NCBI GenBank assembly: GCA_964485575.1
Contig: CAZAJO010000003.1
Location: 19,722-83,721, forward strand
Reading direction: 5' to 3'
DNA: 64,000 nt
From: an uncultured Gammaproteobacteria bacterium
Lineage (GTDB): Bacteria; Patescibacteriota; Microgenomatia; Levybacterales; GWA1-39-11
Shown: one piece after another, positions 1 through 9,059 of the stretch
How positions within the stretch are numbered: the stretch's first letter is position 1
Layout: every line of letters starts with the position of its first letter
Notes under the pieces: model-generated
Databases searched by the model: none
Seen by the model: the letters and a program-made list of their open reading frames with translations, nothing else
What the model was told of the DNA's origin: nothing
Position numbers and translations under genes: made by a program

Positions 1-1587
1 CTTTGTTTGATATTTCGTTTCAAACTGGGATGGTGGTTGGCCTCCAAGAATGATGTCGACTCCACGACCAGCCATGTTTGTCGCAACAGTTACTGCTCCT
101 TTTTTACCTGCGTCTTTGATGATAAGTGCCTCTTGCATGTGATTTTTAGCATTGAGGACCTCATGTTTTATACCCCTTCTTTTAAGGGTTTCTGACACTA
201 TTTCGTTATGCTCGATTGATGCTGTACCGACAAGAACAGGTTGCCCTTTTTTGTGAGCCTCTTCTATTTCATTGACGACTGAAGTTATTTTTGCCCGGGC
301 GGTCTTGTAGATCTGATCTGAGATGTCTTCTCTTTGGATATTTTTATTTGAAGGGATGACAATTACATCTAATTTATATATTTTATGAAACTCCTCAGCT
401 TCAGTTGCTGCAGTTCCGGTCATGCCACTAAGCTTTTCGTACTTTCTGAAGTAATTTTGAAGAGAGACTGTTGCTAATGTCTTTGACTCTTGTTGAATAG
501 TGACACTTTCTTTAGCTTCAATTGCTTGATGAAGACCTTCAGAAAGCCTTCTTCCCTCAAGTAACCTTCCCGTGAATTCATCCACCAAAATTACTTGGTT
601 ATCCCGGACTATGTAATCTTTGTTCTTTGTATAAAGAAGCTTTGCTTTGAGTGCTGCTTCGATATGATACACGGTGTCAAAATCTTTCTCATAAATGTCT
701 TTTACTCCAAACATCGACTCAATCTTTCCGATTCCATGATCGGTAAGATGAACAGTCCGCCTTTTTTCATCCATCTTATAATCGATAGGTTGCAATTTAT
801 CGATAAGACCTGCGTATTCAAAGTATTTATTTGATGGCGTTGCATCAGGCATTGAGATGATATGTGGAGTTCTTGCCTCATCAATAAGGACAGAGTCTAC
901 CTCATCAATAATGGCAAAGTAGTGCTCTCGTTGGACGAGTTGGTCAATTGAGGTGACCATGTTGTCACGAAGATAATCAAATCCAAATTCAGAATTGATA
1001 CCATAAACAACATCCGCTTTGTAAGCTTCAGCCCTGGTCACCGGTTTTAAATGAGTTAGTCGATAGTCACTGACGTCTTTCTCCTCATAACTTTTATCAA
1101 ATACAAATGAATTGTCGTTGATAATTGCCCCTACTTGAAGTCCTAAGAAAGTAAAGATCTCACCCATCCAACCGGCATCGCGGCGGGCAAGATAGTCATT
1201 TACAGTAACAAGATGTACGGGCTTTCCGGTAAGGGCGTGGAGATATAATGCTGGAGTTGCTGAAAGAGTCTTTCCTTCTCCTGTTTTTTGCTCAGCTACC
1301 TTTCCTTGGGCAAGAACTGCTCCAGCAATAAGCTGAACGTCATAATGACGAAGTCCCAATGTTCTTTGAGCTGCCTCACGAACTAATGCAAATGCTTCAG
1401 GTAACAGAAGGTAAAGGCTTTCCCCTTTTTCTGCCCTCTTTTTAAGGTCTTCAGTTTTTTTAGGAAAATCGCTGTCTTTCAGCTTCTTAATTTTGTTTTC
1501 TAATGAGTTGATCTCGGCGACTATTGGCAGGAGTTTGTTGATTTCTTTGTCGTTACTGTCAAAAAGTTTTGTGATGAAATTAAGCAT
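1..1587 (-). CDS. secA: Preprotein translocase ATPase SecA (5' part; runs off the left edge; not in ORF track)
   Basis: Manual translation from ATG at 1587: MLNFITKLFDSNDKEI...LRHYDVQL...AEQKTGEGKTL...VHLVTVNDYLARRDA...AIIDEVDSVLIDEARTP. Confidence 0.97.
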   Translation of the reverse strand, partial: MLNFITKLFDSNDKEINKLLPIVAEINSLENKIKKLKDSDFPKKTEDLKKRAEKGESLYLLLPEAFALVREAAQRTLGLRHYDVQLIAGAVLAQGKVAEQKTGEGKTLSATPALYLHALTGKPVHLVTVNDYLARRDAGWMGEIFTFLGLQVGAIINDNSFVFDKSYEEKDVSDYRLTHLKPVTRAEAYKADVVYGINSEFGFDYLRDNMVTSIDQLVQREHYFAIIDEVDSVLIDEARTPHIISMPDATPSNKYFEYAGLIDKLQPIDYKMDEKRRTVHLTDHGIGKIESMFGVKDIYEKDFDTVYHIEAALKAKLLYTKNKDYIVRDNQVILVDEFTGRLLEGRRLSEGLHQAIEAKESVTIQQESKTLATVSLQNYFRKYEKLSGMTGTAATEAEEFHKIYKLDVIVIPSNKNIQREDISDQIYKTARAKITSVVNEIEEAHKKGQPVLVGTASIEHNEIVSETLKRRGIKHEVLNAKNHMQEALIIKDAGKKGAVTVATNMAGRGVDIILGGQPPSQFETKYQTK

Positions 1588-1645
1588 GATTTGAACTCTA
1601 ATTCTAGCATGTTTCAGTCCTTTTAGCTAGCTCTTTGAAAGGAAA

Positions 1646-1679
1646 AAATGCCCTTTGCGCTTTCGCACAAAGAGCATTT
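1646..1679 (-). terminator. Intrinsic terminator after the small basic peptide gene
   Basis: Minus strand AAATGCTCTTTGTGC-GAAA-GCGCAAAGGGCATTT running into a T-tract. Confidence 0.75.
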
Positions 1680-1715
1680 CAATAAATTTTTTAATTAGAA
1701 AATCTAGCGTAGCAA

Positions 1716-1823
1716 CTACTTTTTCTTAGCTGTCTTTTTCTTTGGTGCAGCTTTCTTAACTGTCTTTTTCACAGTCTTTTTAGCTGCTGCTTTTTTTGGA
1801 GCTGCTTTTTTCTTTGCTGGCAT
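1716..1823 (-). CDS. 35-aa Lys/Ala-rich histone H1-like peptide (not in ORF track)
   Basis: MPAKKKAAPKKAAAKKTVKKTVKKAAPKKKTAKKK*; strong SD AAGGAGGTG upstream, terminator downstream. Confidence 0.85.
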   Translation of the reverse strand: MPAKKKAAPKKAAAKKTVKKTVKKAAPKKKTAKKK

Positions 1824-1941
1824 AGTCCAAACACCTCCTTTCATATTTATAATGAAATAAAATGAAAAAAATGTCAAACAAAAAAGATTATGCCTTTGGG
1901 GAGATTTTACAGATATGAAAACTCAACTTTTCGGAGAGATT

Positions 1942-2589
1942 TTACAGATATGAAATGATGTTGTTTGATTCAAGATAATTCCTTACATCCTCAAACAATA
2001 ATCTATGACCCTCATCATTCATATGAACTCCATCAGCAAGTAAACTTGAGTAGTCTTCATCGATAAACTTCTTATATACCTCTATAAAGTGCGTGCCTTC
2101 TTTTTTTGCAACTTCCTCCATTATTTGATTGAAGTGTTCAACAAATTCATTTCTATACGACCTTTTTGGTGACCAGGGCATTGGATTTACCCGTCCGTCA
2201 ACAGGCATAGCTCCAATTACTACGATTTTTGATGAATATTTTTTAGCCAAACTGAGAAGCTCTGCCAAATTAGACCTAAAATCATCTTCACTAACTTCTG
2301 TTGTTCCTAGTGCCTCTGAAAATATAGAGTCATTAATTCCAAGATGAAACAGAAAAATATTTTCTCCCCCATATTTGTCCAAACGGGGTTTTGTTTCATT
2401 TTCAAAACGATCAAGGATATCTTTACTTTTATTACCGGAAACTCCTAAGTTGTAAACGAGATAATCCAGTTTGAAATCCGATTTAATAATTTTCTGATCT
2501 ATGAGTTTTCGGAGTCTCTGAACCCATCCACCTTCGCTATCCCATGCGCCATAAGTAGTACTAGTTCCAAAAACCAGAATGTTTGCCAT
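1942..2589 (-). CDS. SGNH/GDSL-family hydrolase
   Basis: FGTSTTYG block I, NLGVSG, GIND, DGVH motifs. Confidence 0.9.
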   Translation of the reverse strand: MANILVFGTSTTYGAWDSEGGWVQRLRKLIDQKIIKSDFKLDYLVYNLGVSGNKSKDILDRFENETKPRLDKYGGENIFLFHLGINDSIFSEALGTTEVSEDDFRSNLAELLSLAKKYSSKIVVIGAMPVDGRVNPMPWSPKRSYRNEFVEHFNQIMEEVAKKEGTHFIEVYKKFIDEDYSSLLADGVHMNDEGHRLLFEDVRNYLESNNIISYL

Positions 2590-3836
2590 TAAATTTTTGG
2601 GGAGATTTTGTCAAAACCTGTGTATTTTGTAAGCACTTCAGGAATTTGAACACTTCCATCTTCCTGTTGATAGTTTTCTAAAATTGCAATCAGTGTGCGC
2701 CCTATCGCAAATGCGGTTCCATTTAAAATGTTTACATACTTTTTCTCTCCGCCAGCTGGCGGATCCTCCCGATATTTAATGTTGAGTCGTCTGGCCTGAA
2801 AGTCTCCTGTTGTTGAAGTTGATGTCACTTCTCTATATTTTTCCTGTGTTGGCATCCAGGCTTCTATATCATATTTTCTTGCAGCAGGAAATCCGAGGTC
2901 CCCAGTACACATTTTTATAACTTGATAAGGGATTTTCAGATCTGAGAAAAATTCCTCTTCAATCCCTCGTAAAAATTCGTGCTCCGCATCGTCTTGACCG
3001 TCATGTACAAAACTTACCATCTCAACTTTATGAAACTCATGGACTCGTAGAATTCCCCGCGTGTCTTTTCCATAACTTCCGGCTTCACGTCTAAATGAAG
3101 AAGAGAATGCAACATATCTTTTAGGAAGCTCGACAGAGCTGAAAGTCTCATCTTTATGCATTGGGACAACCGACTGCTCTGCGGTTCCGACCAAAAATTT
3201 GTCGTCACTGGGCACCGAGAACATATCTTCTTCTCCTCCATTTTCCATGTACCCCAAGGCTTTCATGGTGTCTCTTGTTACCATCGTTGGGGGGATAATG
3301 GGCGCAAATCCTTTTTCAGTCAATTTTTCCATCGCAAAACGGATGAGGGCAAATTCCAGTTGAGCTCCTTGGTTTTTCAAATAATAATATCTCGCTCCAC
3401 TAACTTTTGCAGCTCTTTCTATGTCTATGATGTCTAACCTTGTCCCAAGCTCAACATGATCAAGGGGTTTAAAACTAAATTGAGGAATTTCACCAACGGT
3501 ATTTATAACATCATTTTCAGTGTCATTTTTACCTACCTTAACATCATCCTTTGGTAAAGCTGGTATCTGGGAAGTTAAGTCATTTAATTGAGTTTCAAGA
3601 CTAGTAAGTTCTGCTTCCAACCCATCTAATTGTTGTTTTATTTCCCGACCACGCTCGATGTTTCTTTCTTTTGCTGCATTGTTTCTCTCAGCTCTTAGAT
3701 TCTGAACTTCCGTTGATAATGATCGGTAACGCTCATCTAATTCAAGAATCTTTGAGACATCAATTGTTATGTTTTTTGAGGTGGCACCAGCTGCAACTTT
3801 TTCCGAATTTTCGCGAAGAAACTTAAGGTCTATCAT
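2589..3836 (-). CDS. serS: Serine--tRNA ligase
   Basis: N-terminal coiled coil, GTAE, FRREAGSYGKDTRG, DFQARRL, LNGTAFA. Confidence 0.98.
   Translation of the reverse strand: MIDLKFLRENSEKVAAGATSKNITIDVSKILELDERYRSLSTEVQNLRAERNNAAKERNIERGREIKQQLDGLEAELTSLETQLNDLTSQIPALPKDDVKVGKNDTENDVINTVGEIPQFSFKPLDHVELGTRLDIIDIERAAKVSGARYYYLKNQGAQLEFALIRFAMEKLTEKGFAPIIPPTMVTRDTMKALGYMENGGEEDMFSVPSDDKFLVGTAEQSVVPMHKDETFSSVELPKRYVAFSSSFRREAGSYGKDTRGILRVHEFHKVEMVSFVHDGQDDAEHEFLRGIEEEFFSDLKIPYQVIKMCTGDLGFPAARKYDIEAWMPTQEKYREVTSTSTTGDFQARRLNIKYREDPPAGGEKKYVNILNGTAFAIGRTLIAILENYQQEDGSVQIPEVLTKYTGFDKISPKI
2748..2763. repeat. 16-bp perfect palindrome inside serS (encodes PPAGG)
   Basis: TCCGCCAGCTGGCGGA; GC-rich in AT-rich coding context. 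Confidence 0.7.
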
Positions 3837-3901
3837 ATGCTCAATTATAGCTTATTCACACATTCTAAGCTATATGAATGTAGTGATTATAACTTCAAAA
3901 C

Positions 3902-4450
3902 TTATTTTTCGCTATTCAAAAATTCTTTTAGTTTTTGAAAGGCGAGAGCTCGATGGGAAACTTTATTTTTTAACTCAATATTCATCTCAGAAAATGTTTG
4001 AGTCTGTCCATCCGGCAATATAATGGAATCAAGTCCCCACCCTTTGTCTCCCCGTTCTTCTTTTGTAAAAATTCCTGGTACTACTCCTGAGAATACATGA
4101 ACTTTTTCTCCGTCATGATATCCCAATGTGCATATTACTTTTATGTTTCTATTCGTTTCGTTCCTTAGAAAATAAAGAAGCAGTGGAATTCCCCCTGCAT
4201 GATGTGCAAATTTTATGAAAGGTCCTGGAAAACCATTCCACACTTCAACTTCAACTGAGACGTCATCAACAATGACAGGAGCTTTTAATTTTTCGTAAGC
4301 TTGTTCAACTTTGTGCCTTATTATTACTCCCAAATCCATACTTTGAAGTTCGTCTAACTCAAGATCAGCTACCTCTAGATCAACTCCCAGCATTCGCTCG
4401 GCCTCGCCGGCTTTTCCTTTGTTACCAGTCGCGTAATAAATTTTTTTCAT
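3902..4450 (-). CDS. Non-canonical purine NTP pyrophosphatase (Ham1/RdgB family)
   Basis: ATGNKGK, GFPGPFIK, SHR motifs. Confidence 0.93.
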   Translation of the reverse strand: MKKIYYATGNKGKAGEAERMLGVDLEVADLELDELQSMDLGVIIRHKVEQAYEKLKAPVIVDDVSVEVEVWNGFPGPFIKFAHHAGGIPLLLYFLRNETNRNIKVICTLGYHDGEKVHVFSGVVPGIFTKEERGDKGWGLDSIILPDGQTQTFSEMNIELKNKVSHRALAFQKLKEFLNSEK

Positions 4451-4451
4451 G

Positions 4452-5969
4452 TTAGATTTTAGAAAGTCTATTTTTTACAAAATCTTTTTCCAAGCTTTGT
4501 AGTAACCACGCAGCTTTTGGACCGTGATCTTTTCCAAGAAAAGCAGTATAGATTGCCTTAAAAGCATCGACGGACTTGAGATCCATCTTTTTTGATTTCT
4601 CATATATTGCTGTTTGTAATTCCTCAGCGTTGATGTCTTTTTCAAAAAGTCCAATGAGAGATTTTAGATATGCTCTTTGTACATCTGACAAACCTGAAAC
4701 ATCTGGTAATTCTTTTTGGACAAGGAATTTATCACTTTCCGGTGCAAATCTTTCAACCCATATCCTGGCATATCTCGCCCACTCAGAAAGTCCTTCTTTT
4801 TTGATTTCTTCCTCCATGTTGGGCATCTGTACCCACTGGGCAAGGATTTTGAATCGAATAGAAGGTGGTTTTATAACTTCACCAATTTGAGATAACTCAA
4901 ATATTCTTGCAAGATCTGATCCATCTTTTGCAAAGTAGCATGACGCTGCTTCTTGGTACTCATCAAAAAGACTTGGGATTGTATCTGGAGTACTTGGATC
5001 AAACTCTATAGCCTGGGTCATTTTTGTTCGGACCATAACAAAACGTAGTAAAGCTGGTGGCAAGATATCTAGCATTTCAGAAGCTGAAAATCCTCTACCT
5101 TTTGACGAAGACATCTTTTTCCCTCCAACTAGGAAAAATTCGTAAGGGATTGGATATGGTACTGGATAATTGAAAATCTTATCACAAATGATACTTGTCA
5201 GATCATGTGATCCTCCGCGGCTCATATGATCTTTCCCTGCTCCTTCAACCGTTATACCAAGTACTTTCCATTTTGCACTCCACTCAATCTTCCATGGTAA
5301 TTTTCCTCGGATTTCTTGCTCATCGCTGAAAGGGCTTGTTGTGCCAGTTGTTCCGCATCCATTTGTCCAATCAAGTCTATCCATGTGACACGTGAAATTA
5401 ACCTCATTACCATCCCATCCGGTCACCTGTGTAGTTGAAACCTTTCCACAATTTGTACAATAGACCTGAAATGGATACCAATCATCTTTCAATTTATTTG
5501 AATACATTTCTTCATAAACATTTCTTATCTCATCACGTTTATCAAGGCATAACCGTATCAGATCATTCATCTTCCCGCTTTTGTATAGATCCGTAGACCA
5601 CAATATTTCAGGATTGCATCCTATTTTTGTAAATACATCTATAAAATCTTTTGCATAGTAGTCAGCGTAATTTTCGTAACCTTCAACCGGAGATGGAACT
5701 TTATATAATGGCAAACCAAGATATTTAGAATACTCTTCTTGGTCTAGATAGACTGGGAGCCCATCCATTGGATCATGATTGTCAAAAATATACGTGTATT
5801 TAGTGTTAACACCGATGTCTTTTAAGGCCTTGAAAGCCAAATCATGGATAACTACACCACGAAGCGCACCAACATGAATTTTCCCAGAAGGAGTCTTCAT
5901 GTCATCAACCCACTCAAGGGGAAGGTTTCTTTCTTTTAAGTCGTTTGCTATTTTATCAGCCCAAAACAT
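4452..5969 (-). CDS. lysS: Class I lysine--tRNA ligase
   Basis: MFWAD start, TPSGKIHVG, GKDH, KMSSSKG. Confidence 0.96.
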   Translation of the reverse strand: MFWADKIANDLKERNLPLEWVDDMKTPSGKIHVGALRGVVIHDLAFKALKDIGVNTKYTYIFDNHDPMDGLPVYLDQEEYSKYLGLPLYKVPSPVEGYENYADYYAKDFIDVFTKIGCNPEILWSTDLYKSGKMNDLIRLCLDKRDEIRNVYEEMYSNKLKDDWYPFQVYCTNCGKVSTTQVTGWDGNEVNFTCHMDRLDWTNGCGTTGTTSPFSDEQEIRGKLPWKIEWSAKWKVLGITVEGAGKDHMSRGGSHDLTSIICDKIFNYPVPYPIPYEFFLVGGKKMSSSKGRGFSASEMLDILPPALLRFVMVRTKMTQAIEFDPSTPDTIPSLFDEYQEAASCYFAKDGSDLARIFELSQIGEVIKPPSIRFKILAQWVQMPNMEEEIKKEGLSEWARYARIWVERFAPESDKFLVQKELPDVSGLSDVQRAYLKSLIGLFEKDINAEELQTAIYEKSKKMDLKSVDAFKAIYTAFLGKDHGPKAAWLLQSLEKDFVKNRLSKI

Positions 5970-5999
5970 ATTGTTATATTATATACCCTCAAGCTACAA

Positions 6000-6021
6000 A
6001 AAAACCCTCTTTTGGAGGGTT
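6000..6021 (-). terminator. Probable terminator after greA
   Basis: AACCCTC/GAGGGTT stem with adjacent A-tract (U-tract on the minus strand). Confidence 0.6.
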
Positions 6022-6045
6022 GTATCGTAGATATGATAGTTATTT

Positions 6046-6522
6046 CTAACTAATTTCTACGATGTGATAGAGTATCTTTCCAGCAGGTGCTTCGACTTCG
6101 ATTTTGTCATTGATATTTTTTCCAATAAGAGCTTTTCCAAGAGGTGACTCGTGAGAAATCTTTTTCTCAGCTGGATCTGCTTCCCACTCTCCTACCAACT
6201 CAAACACCTCTTTTTTACCATTAATTTTGACTGTAACTGTTGATCCAAGTTGGATAAGTGACCCTTTTTTAGAAGCTTTTGATTCATCAATCAACTCAAT
6301 CTTCTTAAGCATTTCACCTAATTCTTCTATTCTTGTATCAATAAGTGAGAGTTCTTCACGTGCTGCAGTGTACTCTGAATTCTCTGATAGGTCACCCATT
6401 GCTCGGGCTTGAGAAACGCGCTCTAAGACTTGTGGTCTTTTAACTTTCTCGAGATCATGAAGTTCCTGCTGCATCTCTTCAAGACCTTGTTTTGTTACAA
6501 ATATTTTTTTGTTAGTGTCCAT
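6046..6522 (-). CDS. greA: Transcription elongation factor GreA
   Basis: GDLSENSEY, ISHESPLGKALIG. Confidence 0.97.
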   Translation of the reverse strand: MDTNKKIFVTKQGLEEMQQELHDLEKVKRPQVLERVSQARAMGDLSENSEYTAAREELSLIDTRIEELGEMLKKIELIDESKASKKGSLIQLGSTVTVKINGKKEVFELVGEWEADPAEKKISHESPLGKALIGKNINDKIEVEAPAGKILYHIVEIS

Positions 6523-6657
6523 ATGTATTATGATTTACTTAAAAAAAACCCCCTCGTTTTTTTTGAGTGGGAGTTTTTCAAAGCTCTGGTCATTTTTTTA
6601 TGCGAGCTCATGACGTACTATACAAGAAAGATAAATACATGTCAATATCCTGGAGTT

Positions 6658-7593
6658 TTAGTTCAAAATTCGAATTTTTTTGTCCTCCATGTAAAATCTA
6701 GCCTCTTCGCGGTCTACCCAGATGTTATCGATATGAAGCTTTTTATAACGCTTGGAATGTAGAACAAACATATCCAATATTATCTTTTGGCGATCCAGAG
6801 GATGGAATAATGCTCTACCTTTCGTAACAGTTTCAATAGACCTATGTTTTTTCATATAGGACTTCTGTAAAGAGAAGGCAAGCTTTTCAAATGGTAACAT
6901 TATGCATTCCATGAATTTTCCTAACCCTATTGTCTTTTTTCTTTTTTGATCCGCTATCTTAAGATTAGGGAAAAATATCTCAACCCATTTATTTCTGGAA
7001 AGTAATTGAGAGTAAAATTCTCCCCTATCAAAAAGTGTCTTTAATTGTAATATCTCATGAGCAGTGTAAAGAGTCTTTCTTTTTTCTGAAAAAGAAAGCT
7101 TACTTTCTTCGATGAACATATTTGGACAAATTTTATCTCTGAAATTATGTATTCCTCTCCCTCTTTTTTGTCTTGTCAGAAGAAGTACAATATTTACAAG
7201 AAATCTCGTTATCCACAAAGAGTTGTTCTTTGTTATAAAGAATAAATCGATATCATCTGACATAGATGCGTTATTCATAGAAAGACTTCCACTTACACCT
7301 ATATATTCAATGGTAGGGATGAATGAAAGGAGTTTAGCAACGACTTTAGCTTTTGCCAGTTTTTCCATACTGATGTCCAATCTCTCCATTCTTTTTTCAG
7401 CGATAACATTACGCCCTAAAAAGTAAAAGTATCCATTCGATTCTTGGATAATAGGTATAGATTGGACTGCCTCCAAGAACTCGTCATCTGACAGTTCCAT
7501 TTCACAACATAAATATTTTTTTATTTCAGAAAAAGTTAGGGGATAATCAAAAATATCAAAATATGAAAGAGTCTCAATTATGCATTCATCCAT
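6658..7593 (-). CDS. Conserved hypothetical protein with nucleotidyltransferase-like motif
   Basis: VSGSLS...DDIDLFFI resembles the GS..DxD motif of the pol-beta superfamily. Confidence 0.6.
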   Translation of the reverse strand: MDECIIETLSYFDIFDYPLTFSEIKKYLCCEMELSDDEFLEAVQSIPIIQESNGYFYFLGRNVIAEKRMERLDISMEKLAKAKVVAKLLSFIPTIEYIGVSGSLSMNNASMSDDIDLFFITKNNSLWITRFLVNIVLLLTRQKRGRGIHNFRDKICPNMFIEESKLSFSEKRKTLYTAHEILQLKTLFDRGEFYSQLLSRNKWVEIFFPNLKIADQKRKKTIGLGKFMECIMLPFEKLAFSLQKSYMKKHRSIETVTKGRALFHPLDRQKIILDMFVLHSKRYKKLHIDNIWVDREEARFYMEDKKIRILN

Positions 7594-7612
7594 ACGAAAT
7601 TAAAAAAAATCT

Positions 7613-9010
7613 TTAATATCGCGAAAGTACCTGGGCAACCCCTTTTGCAAGGGTGTCAATCGCAGAGTCTGCCGACGTATTATTGTTAACTGATCTAACT
7701 GCATTTCCCATATAAACATTCATCTGTGTGATCATGCCATTCTCTCCATCATATGTATCAGAAGAAAAATAAGTTGATTGTGCATCATCTGCCTGTGCGA
7801 CAAAAGGATACACCAAATTGTTGGAAGATAAAAGAGGGGCCATAGACCTTCTTGGGTATAATGTACCAAAAAGCCTAACTTTTGACTGAGTTTGATATAG
7901 TTTTTGCATTGTCTCAGGCTTTGAGAGATATTCTATGAATTCAAAAGCTTCTTTTGAATTTTTTGTCTTACTTGTTACCCCCTCAGCCCAATAACTTGCG
8001 ACTGTATTGTTGCGACCTGCCAGTTTTGGCACTTTTACTACTTGAAATTGAAGGGATGGATTTAACCCTTTTATAGTAAAAATGTCCCAAGAGTAACCAA
8101 AATATAATGGGAGATTTCCTTTTGAAAATGCGAGTGTTGAATTATCCAGCGTTGCATCCCATACAGCCTTTTCACCTGACGCAAAAGCTGCATAGAACTT
8201 CAATGCGTCGTAAGCACTCTCTTTAGAACTTCCAGATAGATCTTTAAGATCAGCACCATTCTGAAGCAGCAATAACGCAACAATATCCGGAGCATGAGAA
8301 ATGTTATCGTAAGTTCCAAGAGAGATACTTGGAGTTACGATCTTACCGTTCTGATCTTTAACGACAAGCTCCGTCGCATATTTTATATAGATATCATTCC
8401 AGTCTTGAGGTATGGCAAGACCCTTGCTCTCTAAAGCCTGCGTATTCACAAACATCGCCAGAGTATCTATTCCTAAAGGAATACCATAATAAGCACCATT
8501 TATTTTCATATCCCGCCCAACAGTCTTGTAATAATCTGTTTCGATTTTGGTCTCAGTAACAAGTGGCTGTGGAAATGGAAGAAGATAATTTTTTAGTTGT
8601 TGGGTCCAACTACTATGGAAGCGGACAATATCCGGACCTTGACCATTGTTAATTCGGGTCGCTAACCTATCAACATATTGACCAAGTCCTTTAATATCTT
8701 GCTTTTCGTATTGGACTTTTATATGAGGATGAGTTCTTTCGAAATCTGCAATGATTGGCTGCATTACCGTCACATCGTCCCACAATCCCCAATATTTCAG
8801 TGTTACATCTTTCGGTTTTGAATTACTCTGCAATTTACCGGCTAGAAAAACTCCACCCACTATAACAAGAATGAGTATAACAATAGCAGCGACAAGAAAA
8901 ATAATTTTTTTGAGTATAGATCCTCTTTTTATATCGCCGTTGTAATAAGGGTCAACTGGTGCAGCAATTGGTGCTGGACCTCTTGAAGCAGGTGGTGAAT
9001 TAGGATCCAT
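7613..9010 (-). CDS. Membrane-anchored extracellular solute-binding protein (family 1, sugar-type)
   Basis: N-terminal TM helix, GPDIV, GAYYGIPLGIDTLAMFVN. Confidence 0.85.
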   Translation of the reverse strand: MDPNSPPASRGPAPIAAPVDPYYNGDIKRGSILKKIIFLVAAIVILILVIVGGVFLAGKLQSNSKPKDVTLKYWGLWDDVTVMQPIIADFERTHPHIKVQYEKQDIKGLGQYVDRLATRINNGQGPDIVRFHSSWTQQLKNYLLPFPQPLVTETKIETDYYKTVGRDMKINGAYYGIPLGIDTLAMFVNTQALESKGLAIPQDWNDIYIKYATELVVKDQNGKIVTPSISLGTYDNISHAPDIVALLLLQNGADLKDLSGSSKESAYDALKFYAAFASGEKAVWDATLDNSTLAFSKGNLPLYFGYSWDIFTIKGLNPSLQFQVVKVPKLAGRNNTVASYWAEGVTSKTKNSKEAFEFIEYLSKPETMQKLYQTQSKVRLFGTLYPRRSMAPLLSSNNLVYPFVAQADDAQSTYFSSDTYDGENGMITQMNVYMGNAVRSVNNNTSADSAIDTLAKGVAQVLSRY

Positions 9011-9059
9011 ATTTTAAGTAATTTTGAGTATAATATAGTATAGTAAGAAACGTTACGAA

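Noticed and set aside
4452-5969. Class I LysRS and missing rpmD as novelties
   Set aside because: Both are established in some bacterial lineages; loss of L30 is a known CPR trait
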